NCBI GenBank assembly: GCA_026025795.1
Contig: JAPEUG010000094.1
Coordinates: 1 to 50,203, forward strand
Origin: Thelocarpon superellum
Lineage: Eukaryota
Reading direction: 5' to 3'
Length of the DNA stretch: 50,203 nt
In this document: positions 23,896 to 35,403 of the stretch, piece after piece
Layout: every line of letters starts with the position of its first letter
Numbering within the stretch: position 1 is the first letter of the stretch
The notes under the pieces: model-generated
What the model was told of the DNA's origin: nothing
Databases searched by the model: none
Seen by the model: only the letters and a program-made list of their open reading frames with translations
Translations under genes and position numbers: made by a program

Positions 23896-24728
23896 ATGGC
23901 GACCTCGACGGGTACGGAGAGGCCTACAATCGTCATGATTCATGGCTCATGGCACAACCCTTCCCATTATGAAGGCGCCATGAATCTTCTAAAGTCTCAC
24001 GGCTACCCATACATCAGTCCTCACCTACCCACCGATGGAGGAGGTTCGACCCTGACGATGCTCGACGACGCCAATCTCGTTCGTTCCGAGATTGTCAAGC
24101 TGGTCGAGGACGAGGGGAAAGAGGTCGTTGTCGTCATGCATTCATACGGTGGCGTTGTTGGCTCGCAGGCCTGCGAAGGGCTAGGACGCGTTCAGCGGCA
24201 ACAAAAAGGTCTCGCTGGAGGAGTGATCCGGCTCTACTATATGTGCGCCTTCGTGCTGCCCGCCGGCCAGTCTCTTGACGGCATGTTGGGCGGGCCGCCA
24301 CCTTTCATCGTGACCACGGTACGCTACGACTCGCGAGCCATCCTGCTCCAGTATTTGCGATGCTGACGTTGCCGCGGCCCTTCCAGCCCGACGGATACCG
24401 CAGGGTAGAAGGTCCAGCCAACATCTTCTATCATGATCTGCCGCCAGACATGCAGGCACAATGGGTGGCTCAACTCAAGCGCATCCCGATGCTCACGCAG
24501 ACGACGCCAACGACCTTCGCGGCATACAAAGAGATCCCATCCACCTACCTCTACTGCGAGGACGATCGGGCCATCCCGTTCGAGGTGCAGAAGATGATGG
24601 TGGGCGGGTCGGGGGTCGACATGCACACGGAGTCCATCTTTTGCAGCCATTCCCCATTCCTCAGCCAGCCCGAGAAGCTGGTCGCCAGCATCAGGAGAGC
24701 GGCGGGAGAAGCAAATGTGACGGGTTAA
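23896..24728 (+). CDS. Alpha/beta-hydrolase (Abhydrolase_6, methylesterase-like), ~254 aa, 2 exons
   Basis: Exons 23896-24318 and 24387-24728 (GTACGC...CTGAC...CAG). Oxyanion motif IHGSWH, nucleophile MHSYGG, acid CEDDRAI, histidine CSHSPF. Confidence 0.92.
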
Positions 24729-27337
24729 GCGCCACGTAGACGCTAGCTTTCAGGCGCTGAGACGTCATGTGTCGATGGCCGGTCAACGTGACTAGAGTCA
24801 GAGAAGCTTGAACACCGTGACGAAATATGATAAGACCTTGCACAGATAAGGCTGTCATTATCACGATACCATCACGCCCTCCACACTCGAACCCCTTGCC
24901 ACCCTTGCCGCCGCGGCTGCATGGAGGTGACGGGGACAGATAGGCGTCATGGCCACGGGCTGGGGACGACTTCCCAACCGTGACCACGCGCCCCGTTCAT
25001 CCCCCCTTCCTTCTCCCCCCCACCACGCAGCCCTGTTCCTTCCCGCAAGTCAATCGTCGTGGCGTGGACTGCAGGCACGGCACGGGACATGACATGACAT
25101 GACATGCAAGGGACACGAAACGCCGGGCGCATGCGAAACAGGTTTCCCCACCACCCACCGCCCACACTCACCGACCATGGCCACCGTCCGTCCCGGCGCT
25201 GCAACAGCGGCGGCTGTGATAGCGGCGGCTGGTGCACGGACGTTTCTGATTCCATCGTCATCCAGGCCATGACTACAGATATTTCGATCCCAACTTACTC
25301 GTACCCGGCTTCCCTTCCTTCTGGCCCGGCGAGGACGCGATCGTATCACAGGACTACTGCCGTGGTTACATCGATTTGTAAAGGAAAGAGCAGGGGGGTT
25401 CCTAATACCTGTGCGAATCGGTCAAGCGCCCTTTTCCCACCCACCCCTCACCCCTCCTTGTTTCTGCCCGTGCGTAAAGTCAAGGCCCCGCCCCCATGCT
25501 CGCCGGTGGGTCAAGCGTCAAGCTTCGAGCGTCAAGCAAATGCCACCCCCATGCCCGCTCCTACTGGCTGCGGTCGGCGAAACGTCGATCCACGTGCACT
25601 CTGGCCCTCTCCTTCTCTCAAGCGACAGCCGCAATGCGAACTCTCTATCCGAGCGCGATGATCTACGCAGGGAAGGACCCGGACGTCCGATGACTGCCTG
25701 GCCGGCATGACCCCCAGCATCGCAAGAGCCACTGCTTCCAACGAGCGATTCTCCGCGCGGGCTTGCAGAGCCTATCCGGCATGCGTGCGTCTGTGCATTG
25801 CTCCCGTGGACCACTTTCCTCCACGCCCCACCCTCGACCGTGACAGGCGCCACGACGCACCCTCTCATCCTTGTCGACCCGCGGCCTTCCTGTTCAAGCG
25901 TCTTTTCGGTGTGTTGGTACTGGTACCTGGCCAGCGACCGCATGTGCTATCTACCGTGCAGCAGGAACGTATTCTTCAGGCAACCTCCAGATCAGGGCGC
26001 TTGCAGGAACGAAGATGCTTAGAGCATCCCCCTGGCCCGTCCCGTGGATGTTAGAGCTCACCCTTGGTACGCCACGGGTGACTAGAGCCATCTCACCCGG
26101 TGAATCCGTGCGAGAAAACCAGCTCTAGTGTAGTTGGTGTCCCCAACAGTCATGAGAGCCGCGTCTCGAGTCAGTAGATACGCCCGCACTGGCTCGAGAA
26201 CGGAGCAGATGACGAGGCATCGCTTGGTCGACCGGCGTTTTCCTAGGCTCAGTCCCAGCGTTTGATGCCGAGCCGGCGCGGCGCGGCGCGGCGCCCACAC
26301 GGTTCCAGCGCCGGAAGGGGATACGGGATCGTAAAGGGTGGGGGGAGCTGACGTACTTGTACGCGGTTGCACGTCCCGGCTTCGCGCTCGTACTCGTACT
26401 ATTACTAGTAAAATACCATAGTACGGTCGCACCACGGTGCCTACCGAGTAAGAGTCGTGGGTACCTGTACCTCCGCCCCGGGAGGGGTGCAGGTGCCCGC
26501 GTGCGGGCGGCCGGGCGGCTGGGAGGACGGTCTCCTGGGTGTGCATACATCCCTGCGACGCCCGTCTAGCATGCAGGTGTGGCGTGGGACGATGCCGAAC
26601 GCCGCCGCGGCTACAGGGGCGTAGCGGGTGGGATAGGATCACTTATCGCCGGAACCACGGCGAGGTAGACGGTACTTGCACGGCCAAGACGAGAGCCTCC
26701 ATCATCCCCTCCCTCTCTTTCCCCACCCTAAGTGGTCTACGTTGTCCTGGGTGACGATGAGAGGGACCACCTCCGACCCCTCCCCCTCCCTCTTCACCAT
26801 AGGGTCGGTAACTCCCGCACTGTTCAGCACTCGTTCAGGAGGAGGTGCACGTTGTCCACGCCCCGCATTGCTTTTTTACGCTGCTCTGCCACCTAGCGGT
26901 GCCCAGCGCTGCTGCATTCTGCCTCCTGCAGCCGTGAGACGTGACATGCTGCGCCTGTGATCAGTGACGCGACGCACCCTGCGGGTACTCGGAGGAACTG
27001 ATTGGCTGTTCCTTTGCTTCTTTCTCGCTGCCCCGCCCGTCGAGTATCCCTTTGTGTAATGACCCACCAGGCCGGTTGGTGAAGCTGCAGCTGGAGCTGG
27101 AGAGGCTGAATTGGCGCAACGGACGAGATAGATACCAATCCCTATTCATGTACCATACATTGTTCCCCACACCATCATGACTCGTAGACGTGACTCGTAG
27201 ACGGTCGCTGGAGGGTCCTGGTCCATGTCTTGGTCCATGTCCTGGTCGTGGTGAACAGTCCTGGTCCTGGCCGCGTCACGTCAGACGGAAGCATAATCCA
27301 TGACGGCGAGGCATTGGCCAGCCGGGGCTGTGTAAAC

Positions 27338-27358
27338 AGAGAGAGAGAGAGAGAGAGA
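27338..27358 (+). repeat. (AG)10 microsatellite, polypyrimidine on the minus strand
   Basis: agagagagagagagagagaga read directly. Confidence 0.9.
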
Positions 27359-28246
27359 AAGACAAAGAGAAACGCGCCACAGACGAGCATAAGCAATGGT
27401 CTCAGTTGAAACGACCTAGCCAGCCACACCCGCCGGGATATTCTCGCAGCCTGAATCATGTCAGGATCAGGGTTTCAACGTGCAATGGAACGTCGCGCAG
27501 CCTTCCATACAACGCACCAACCCACGACACAAGGCGCGCGCGCACACACACTTGCAGACGCACACACAGACGCACTCGCGCACGCGCATGCGCACGCCCA
27601 CACTTACCCACACCGGAGGATATTTTTAGGCCAGTGCGAGGTGAGACTCTACCACTATCGAGCACACGCGGGCAATCGGAGTATAGATGTCTTGCATTGA
27701 TATCGATTAGGAAAGACAAGGATACCATCTCCCCACCATCGGAAGAGACAGACGGAAGAGAATATGTCCTGTGGCATAGTATTACAAGTACAGAACGAAC
27801 CAACGTGACCGTGTTGCCCAGTTCCCCCTCCCACCTCCCCGGCCTGGACAATGCCAGTGATCCTATGATGAGAGAGAAAGAGAGCGCGCGAGAGACGCTT
27901 TTCTGGTACCCCTGCCACTGCCCACGTGCAGACACGCAATGATTCATCTTCGTGCGAGATGAGTCAAGAGCAGAAAGAGGAGTGCCAACCACCGAATGCA
28001 GTTCCGTACCCATAGTAGTGTTACAATCTCGTTCACCGAGGATGCAAGGCTCCCAAGGACCGCACAAGCGCATAAGTGGGTATCACCGGAGAATCAGGAG
28101 CGCCACCATGCCAGTCCAAGACCGAATCGACGCACGCGCAAAAGAGAATGGATCAAAATCGGCAAAATCACAGTCAAAATCAACGCGACCATTGCAAAAC
28201 AAAACAAACACTCGATCCATCCATCCATGAGTACAGACGTGAGTCT

Positions 28247-29452
28247 TTAAGCTGTAGGCCGACGCAAGATATCTTCGCAGTTGGCGTCAAATCGCATGCT
28301 CCAAAGTCGCATCCCCGTCATGAGCTTCTCCGTCTTTTCCAGCTCTCGGTCGCGGCCAAAGATGGAGTCGACAAACTCGCATCCGCTGGATTTGCCCATG
28401 GACACCCCATGGCCCGATCCCTTCTCCCGCCTGGCCGCACGCCACATGAACTCCTCGCAAGTCTTCAGGAGACGGCGGAACCGATCCCAAAGCCGCTCTC
28501 CGCTTTCGAGAAAATCCTCAATCATCTCTTGGTCGGCCTTCTTGCGGACGCGGCGCAGGCCCTCCTCTGCGCGCTTCACCTTGCCAGCTAGCTGAATCAA
28601 CAACAGCCAGAGTTCGCCTGCGATCTCTGACATGGGGGTGGCCGCGCCATGGTGGAAGACGGTCCAATCGTAAATCCACTTGCCCAACGAGTTGGCGTCG
28701 AAGACGCTGCCCAAAAGCAGCACCGGCATCTCGGTTGGGTCCCAGTTCTTGAGCGAGTAGCCGCTCGGGATCCGCGCCCGCTTGCGGTCCTCTTCGGTCG
28801 CGACCGGAGGCGGCTTCGTCGTCGGCTTCGGCGAAGACTTCGGCGGCTTCGTGGCCTTGGGCGACGTTGTGGGCCGAGCGGAGTGGGAGGAGCGACGAGC
28901 ACGCGACCGACGAACAGTGGGTTCGGCGTCTGCATAGACGGGAACCTGTTCCTCATAGACACGGTACTGATCAGCACGCCTGTAACTGTAACGTTGCCGC
29001 GAGTCGGATTCGCGTGGCGCGGTGTAGGCGAAGTACTGTGCGAGGTCCTCATCGCTGCTGTCGTAGGCAGGCTGATATGACCGACGCCACGCGTCATCCT
29101 CGTAGCCTCTGCTCGGCACCCAGAAGCTGGGATATCGGCTTCGGACGCGTTCAGAGCTACTTACATAGTCGGCGTTGCGCGGCGGCGACGAGGAGTAGTA
29201 GCCGCCCGACCCCGCCGGCTCCGGGGTGGCATACCGCGCCGTGCGCGACGAGCTGTAACCGTGCCCGGCCGTGTCATGGCTCGCCCGTCGCCCGTGGCCT
29301 TTGGAGTAGCTGCGCGGGAGGGTCGACGACATGTAGGTCGGGTAGTGTTGAGTGTAGTATCCGCCCGGGGTGGATGAAGCCATCGGCGAGCCGTATGAGT
29401 ATGGCTGCTCATACGCCGTCGGAGGCACCGTGTATCGTGGGGGGGTGTACAT
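28247..29452 (-). CDS. Conserved uncharacterised fungal protein, 401 aa, Tyr/Ser/Pro-rich N-terminus and conserved helical C-terminal domain
   Basis: Single coding exon. C-terminal block IPSGYSLKNWDPTEMPVLLLGSVFDANSLGKWIYDWTVFHHG...WLLLIQLAGK...FVDSIFGRDRELEKTEKLM is a Pezizomycotina family I recall being auto-labelled 'vegetative cell wall protein gp1'. Function unknown. Confidence 0.88.
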   Translation of the reverse strand: MYTPPRYTVPPTAYEQPYSYGSPMASSTPGGYYTQHYPTYMSSTLPRSYSKGHGRRASHDTAGHGYSSSRTARYATPEPAGSGGYYSSSPPRNADYVSSSERVRSRYPSFWVPSRGYEDDAWRRSYQPAYDSSDEDLAQYFAYTAPRESDSRQRYSYRRADQYRVYEEQVPVYADAEPTVRRSRARRSSHSARPTTSPKATKPPKSSPKPTTKPPPVATEEDRKRARIPSGYSLKNWDPTEMPVLLLGSVFDANSLGKWIYDWTVFHHGAATPMSEIAGELWLLLIQLAGKVKRAEEGLRRVRKKADQEMIEDFLESGERLWDRFRRLLKTCEEFMWRAARREKGSGHGVSMGKSSGCEFVDSIFGRDRELEKTEKLMTGMRLWSMRFDANCEDILRRPTA

Positions 29453-32400
29453 GATAGCCCAGGGCGGTGGGCGAACCCCAAAGGTGATGAATCAAGACGA
29501 TGTACGCCTTCTCCCAGAACACCGGGAGTCCGAGCGGTGACGCAGCCGTCACCGTGGCGCGTGATTATGTCGTTGAGAGGAGAAGGGAGAGGTGGATCGG
29601 CTTCTCTCGCACATAGAGTCGTCGTCGCGAAGTCGGCCTTTGAAGGCTTCGAAACGGATTGCGTGGATCCGAGGCGGTGCAATGCTCGATAATCGCGTCG
29701 CGGCGATGTTCGACAAAGACGGTCGTGCCAGGAGGTTCGAAAAAACTCGAGAGGTTGGGCGGCGATATCAGGCAGGACGTTTTGAATTTATACTGAGTCA
29801 CTGGGGGGGCGTAGTGCGTGTGTGCGCGATCGTGGCGGTGAAGAGCGTGTCTGATTGATCGAGCCGGATGCTGTGACTGTCTTCGCGTCTGTCAGTCACC
29901 GATCATTCAGGTAATGCGAGAAAACTCGGTCCAGGAAGCGCAACTCTAGGCACGACTTACTTGTGCGCAACGACTTGCTGAGCGCGGAATTGTCGACTCC
30001 GTGAGACAGGGGCGTTGTGAGCGCGGCTTGATTCTCAACGAAGCGAGATGAGGCCAACGAGCGGTGGCTGGGCAGGCGCATGAGACTGCCGGGAAGGCAG
30101 AGAGTAGGCAGCGATGAGACTCGTCAGAAGCGACGTCGTCTAAATAAGTACTGCTCACAGTGGCCAAGGACGTTCGGTGGCCAAGAATAGGAAGCAGGCC
30201 GAAGATGGGACTTTATGGCTTGCGATTATTGCGCAGGCCTGAGTGTGTGGTGGTGGTGGTGGTGGCAAAGAAGCCTGGTCGCCTCCAGTGGCTTCCACGT
30301 CCTCACGCACCGGCGCCCGACGCAGCACCGCCCCTTTGTCAGCGGTGATTGCTTACGCGCGACGAATCAGTTGGGAGCGCAGGCGCAGGAAGCCGAGCGA
30401 CCTAGAGCCTGTTGTTCGAGCAATGCGCAGAAACAGCAGATGCTGCAGGCTGAATGCTGTCGGCGCACTGTCGGCGCACTTCGGACACAGGTGCAACGAC
30501 ACTTAAGAGGTGGCACTTGGGTCCCCTCGCCGGTGAGGAGGCATGCCTGTCACCTCCCTTGCAGCTGGACGGGGGGGTGGCAGCCATGGTCGCGGTTGAG
30601 TTTTCGCTAGGCGTGCGCCGGGTGGGGTGGGCAGGAGATCGACAGGCCCCTGGTGTGTGGCAGGGCCGCCGGTCTCTCTCCCCCCTCCATCCTGCGACCA
30701 CGACTGCGTCTAGATCATGTTCTAGCACAGCGCACTGACGAGGCGCGCCCTGCCCATCCTCTGACGCCCACTAACAGTCCTAAGTACTTGTACCGGGTAC
30801 TTACTAGCGGCCCGCCCTCTACTCTACAGGGAGCGATCCCGGTCACCCATTCGGCCGGCCTCAGCAGCGAGCCTTCACGGTCGCTCGGTCGCTCAGCTCG
30901 CATTGGCATCGACGACTGCTGCGCCTGACCGTGCTGAAGTAGGTGAAGGGGTAGTAGACGCTTCGTTCGCCGTTGCGTTCGCCGCCGGTGTCACATCGTC
31001 AGCTCACTCGCCGCGGAACGCACCGATCCAGCGAGAGCTCCGTCTTGTGGCAGTCAGGTGCGCAACGGTTGGCTCCCGACCGAGTGGGATGCGCCTCTAA
31101 GAAGTACCCCTGGCCGTGGTGAGCGAACATCCCTGCCCACCAGGCCTCACACCTCTCCCCTCTCTGTCACATCCTCGTTCTTCGTTTGTCCGCCCGCTGA
31201 AGGCGGCGCCTCCCATTTGCCGAGCTCGTTCCACCCAGGAAAGTTCTCCGGCCTAGGTGGAACAAAACGCCAATCGAGCGGGTCAGGTGCGGAGCACTGG
31301 TTGCCGTGAGCGCTCATCGCTCCTTCGATCCCTTTCCTCGCGTTGCGGTCGCATGGCCAGACTTCCACCGGCATGCGTGGGCATCCAAGAGAATGTGAAC
31401 ACGTCCTCGTCGCTGGGCCGCTGGGCGCGCCCGTGCTTCCTCGGGCCTCTGTGCAGTGGTCTCGCTCCCCGCCGGCGGCCCATTCGCTCGGCGGCTACGG
31501 GGAACGAGTGACAATTGCCGGGCGGGTGCACACCGCATCCCTTAGTCGATCAATCGGCAGGGGTGCCACTTTTCCACCCGTCCTCCAAGACTCTTCTCTC
31601 CGCCACGCGACTGGCCGTGACTGCAGCGGGCACTTTTAAGCGTGCAGGAAGGCTTGATTGACCGCCTGCAGCTTGATACGGAACGCTTGGTCTTCCACGC
31701 GTGGTTCGCTGTCTTGATTGGATGGACCGTACATTCCTTCCGGTCCCGCGTTCTTAGTGCCTCCACCTTCATGCGACCGTGGTATTCTGTTGGTTGGACT
31801 GGATCCACGATTTTCATTGGCCCGTTGTGCCCACCAAGCCGGCTCGACGATGAGAGAGAAAATGGATTGACCTCAGCAATATCGTAACTTCCCAACAATC
31901 GCCGTTTCGACTCGGATCGGGTAAGCGATTGCGCAACGAAGAGGCGGCTGTCTCGTGATGGTAGACAGCGCACAGTCCCGTGACTCAACCCCATGTCATG
32001 TGACACACTTAGCGCGACTGAAAGTACGCTATTCCGTTTGACTCATGTTCGAATATCATATTTCGTTTTCAATTGGTACCTCTACTCGCCGCCTCAGTGG
32101 CAAAGAAGCTGGGGCGAGAGGTCGTTTCCTGAATGAAAGAACCTGGAGCTCTCAGATGAAGCTAGAGCTAGCGTGTGGCGGCACTGGATCACAATTTTGG
32201 TAACAAGATGTCGATCGTGAAGTTTTCGGAATATTTAATGACCTCGCGTAAATCATTGCGCGAGATGATCCGGTGTACTTCTATTGATTTCAGACGTACG
32301 ATTTGTTTTATCCTTCTCAAGTCCTTTCGAGGCATTTTCCTTATAGGCCTGTTGAATTTACGTCCACGGCCTGGCAGTTTAGTTTTGACCGGCCTCTTGA

Positions 32401-34923
32401 CATTTTCGTCACGTTTCTTGCACAGAACGGGGCAAAGATATCGACAGCAACTGGCGAACGATCCTTAGATCGACTCTTCGCATGTTATGTTGGTCTCTTT
32501 GATTGCGCGTGTACCTTTCGAGTTCACGTATCACGCCTAATTGTCCGTGCTTCTCTCTTTTGATTCGGTATCGAGTGGCTGTGTCGCATTCACTGACTAC
32601 CATCAGCAGATAGGATTTGGAGATTGCCAAACGGATTGGAGCCTTTAACTTATTCGAACTCTGTATGTCTCGAAACCTCGTGGAATAGACGCCCTGGAAG
32701 AGAGAGGAAGTCTATCTGAGCAATCCTCTGTATCCCATCTCGCGACATCGACAGAAACGTGTTCGTTACCTGGACGTGTCGTTCGAGTGTGATCTGACGT
32801 CCAATAGTTTCTACCTCGTCTCTACCATTTACGCCGAGGTATATGACGTCTGGACAACCTTTAGAGGTACACCTTGCTCGGGCATACCAATTAGGGAAGT
32901 CTCCATGTTTGCGATAGACTTGCTGAATCATCTAACTACGTCTGCTGAGGAGTCCATCTTTCACTAGAGGCTCCTCTGCCACCAAGGAGACGTGTCCGCT
33001 TACATCATGAGACTTACAATGCTTACATATCTCACCTGTCCACTCGACACATTCGTGCCTCGTGTTACGTTAACCTTCCTCGTACTTTCTTACCCGGACA
33101 AAACCCCATTGCCTCATTGACCAGTCTAATTAGAGCGAATGATTACGGACCGATAAGGTTGTTAGAGACCAGATGCCCAATCTCCGACCGCATCTTGATT
33201 GAGTTCGATCATGGCCGGTCCGAGCGAGAGACCATTCTATCTAGGACAACGTTTGCGAAGACGACGCAGAAAATTCGAGCCGTCTGAGAGCGGAACTCAA
33301 TCCGGGTTCCAACCTCCGTTTCCAGGAACGACGCGATGAGACGTGGACAGCTTTCGCATCTAGGATTGCATGATGATCGAGAAAGATCAATCCCATTTGC
33401 TAGCAGCTTCCAAGCTGTACAGCAGCAGTGAGATCTCGATGTCGGTGCTGATGGTGTGTTCACTTGCTCGAGGAAAGGTGGCTGCGCGACAGCCCGTGCT
33501 AAAAGATCTGACAGCGTCCAGTGGATCGGGTAGTCGTATGCAGGAGGGTGAGCAAGGAAGCACAGAGACCAAGGGAATAGCGGGAGGAAAGAGGAGCAGC
33601 ACATTGAAGAAGCGCCTCGATGCGAACCACTGGACGATGCCTTCTCTCATAAGTAAGAAAACCAGCAAGCAAGATAGAACCAGACTAGAACCAAAGAAGC
33701 CAGGAGGTCAGGAGCGCGACAAGAATGCGGACACCACGCGCAACCACGTACAAAGCGCCGACCGCTTACAAAAGATGACGAACTGGTGCACTGCGAGGAA
33801 AGACTAGAGGAGGAAAGGACAAATGGAGGGAGATAGGGCCTGCATGCGTTGAGGATGCAAGCGAGGCTACATCCTTATCGTATCCCCTGCGTCAACACTG
33901 ACACGGAGGAGACAACAGCAGCCGCATTGCTCGAATCGGGATTGGTAGTCGCGAGTTGGTCTCCAGACCAGAGCCGAAATCGTGCTTGCATACATCCAAG
34001 AAAAAATCCGACAGAAGTCGGGAGCAAACCGATTACGGCAATGTACGCGGCGTCGCGGCGGCGGCCGGGACTTGGAGGATGGGCAGAGAGGAGACACGGA
34101 CAGACGGACGCACGCACGCACGCGAGCACTGGCGCGTGGGCGTGGGGGAAGAAAGGTCGAGAGGAGTCAGTTGGCGCTCGTCAGTTGACAGGTCAGGTCA
34201 AGACTCCAGAAACGGAGCCAACCCTCCGATGCGTGGCGTGCATGAAGCGTCCGAGGGAGAGATCGTCGACTGAACATTCACCGGCGACTACTAGTGGAAG
34301 CCGCCCGGGGGGACTAACCCGCGGCGGCCCATGCCCGCGATACTTTACGATGACAGAAGGCGGGGGCAGGGAGGGAACGGGGTCCTGGAAGACCTCTAGA
34401 AGGCTTGTGGTGCAAGCGCACAAAGTGGAAACCCGAGGCTAGGACAAGTACTTCGTACTAACTACGTAACGTACTATTAAGCAGGGAGGGCTCCAAACCT
34501 GGCGTAAGACGACTTCAAGGGTTTGGAGAGTCCTCCCGTGTGTGTTTCGCACAGAAAGCCTCTAGAAGGCCCCTAGAACAATTCCCGCTGCCTTCGGCTC
34601 ACGCATGTCTGGGAGTTCCCCCGGCCCCCAGCCTCCCTCCGTCCCTGCATGAAAGCCTATTTCAATCCCCGCTGTAATGCCGTCCGTCACAATTTGCGTG
34701 ATGGGTGCGGTAAATTCTTGCATCACTCGCTACCGCTCCATCCCTCCAATTGCCTCGATGATGATGATAGTAGGTCAGAAGAATAGTCCTCATGACGAAA
34801 GTAGATTTAGCTATTACTACATCTAGAGCACAGGTCTCCAAGCGCTCGACGTAGAGATGGAGAATAGTAAGGCGCATGCGATGAGGGGGAAAGGAGATGT
34901 ACAACAAGGACGATCGTCGCTTG

Positions 34924-34976
34924 CAGTCGGTCGCTCAGTCGGTCGCTCAGTCGTTCGCTCAGTCGGTCGCTCAGTC
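34924..34976 (+). repeat. 12-nt minisatellite (CAGTCGGTCGCT) x ~4.4
   Basis: Four near-identical copies (one G>T) plus a partial copy, downstream of the Zn2Cys6 gene. Confidence 0.9.
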
Positions 34977-35403
34977 ATGGTATTGGTCGTGACGACGGAT
35001 GGGGAATACTATACAGAAATATTCGTCCAGGGTGAAAAGGGAATCATGGTGAAGTAGAGATAGAAAAGGGCATCCACGCCGTCACGCCCCGACCCCCCAA
35101 ACTCCACCGGACAACTGGGCCCGGTCGTTAATAATGATGTAATAGATGCATGACGATTTCTGCCATCGGCCGTGCGGCTTCTTCACATTGATGGCTCCGT
35201 CGGGCTATTTCCGGCGCGTCGTGTCGAAGTCTGTGCGACCGTAAGATGTTGACGCTTCGGGATGCGACCGATACCAATCAGGATGATGCGCGGCGTAGGA
35301 GAGGCTGGTGCTCCGTGCGACCGTAGAAAGGAATCCGGCCAAGGATGGATCGACGTGTCAAACGCTGGTCGTACGGGCGAGTCAAGCAGCAGGATGAAAG
35401 GGC

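Noticed and set aside
34392..34580. Direct repeat CCTCTAGAAGGC (two copies ~165 nt apart) as LTR, target-site duplication or heat-shock element
   Set aside because: Only 12 nt, nothing element-like between the copies, and no full array of three nGAAn units.
34924..34976. Repeat arrays as possible CRISPR or telomeric repeats
   Set aside because: Short head-to-tail units without spacers in a eukaryotic context, and no TTAGGG arrays anywhere in the window.
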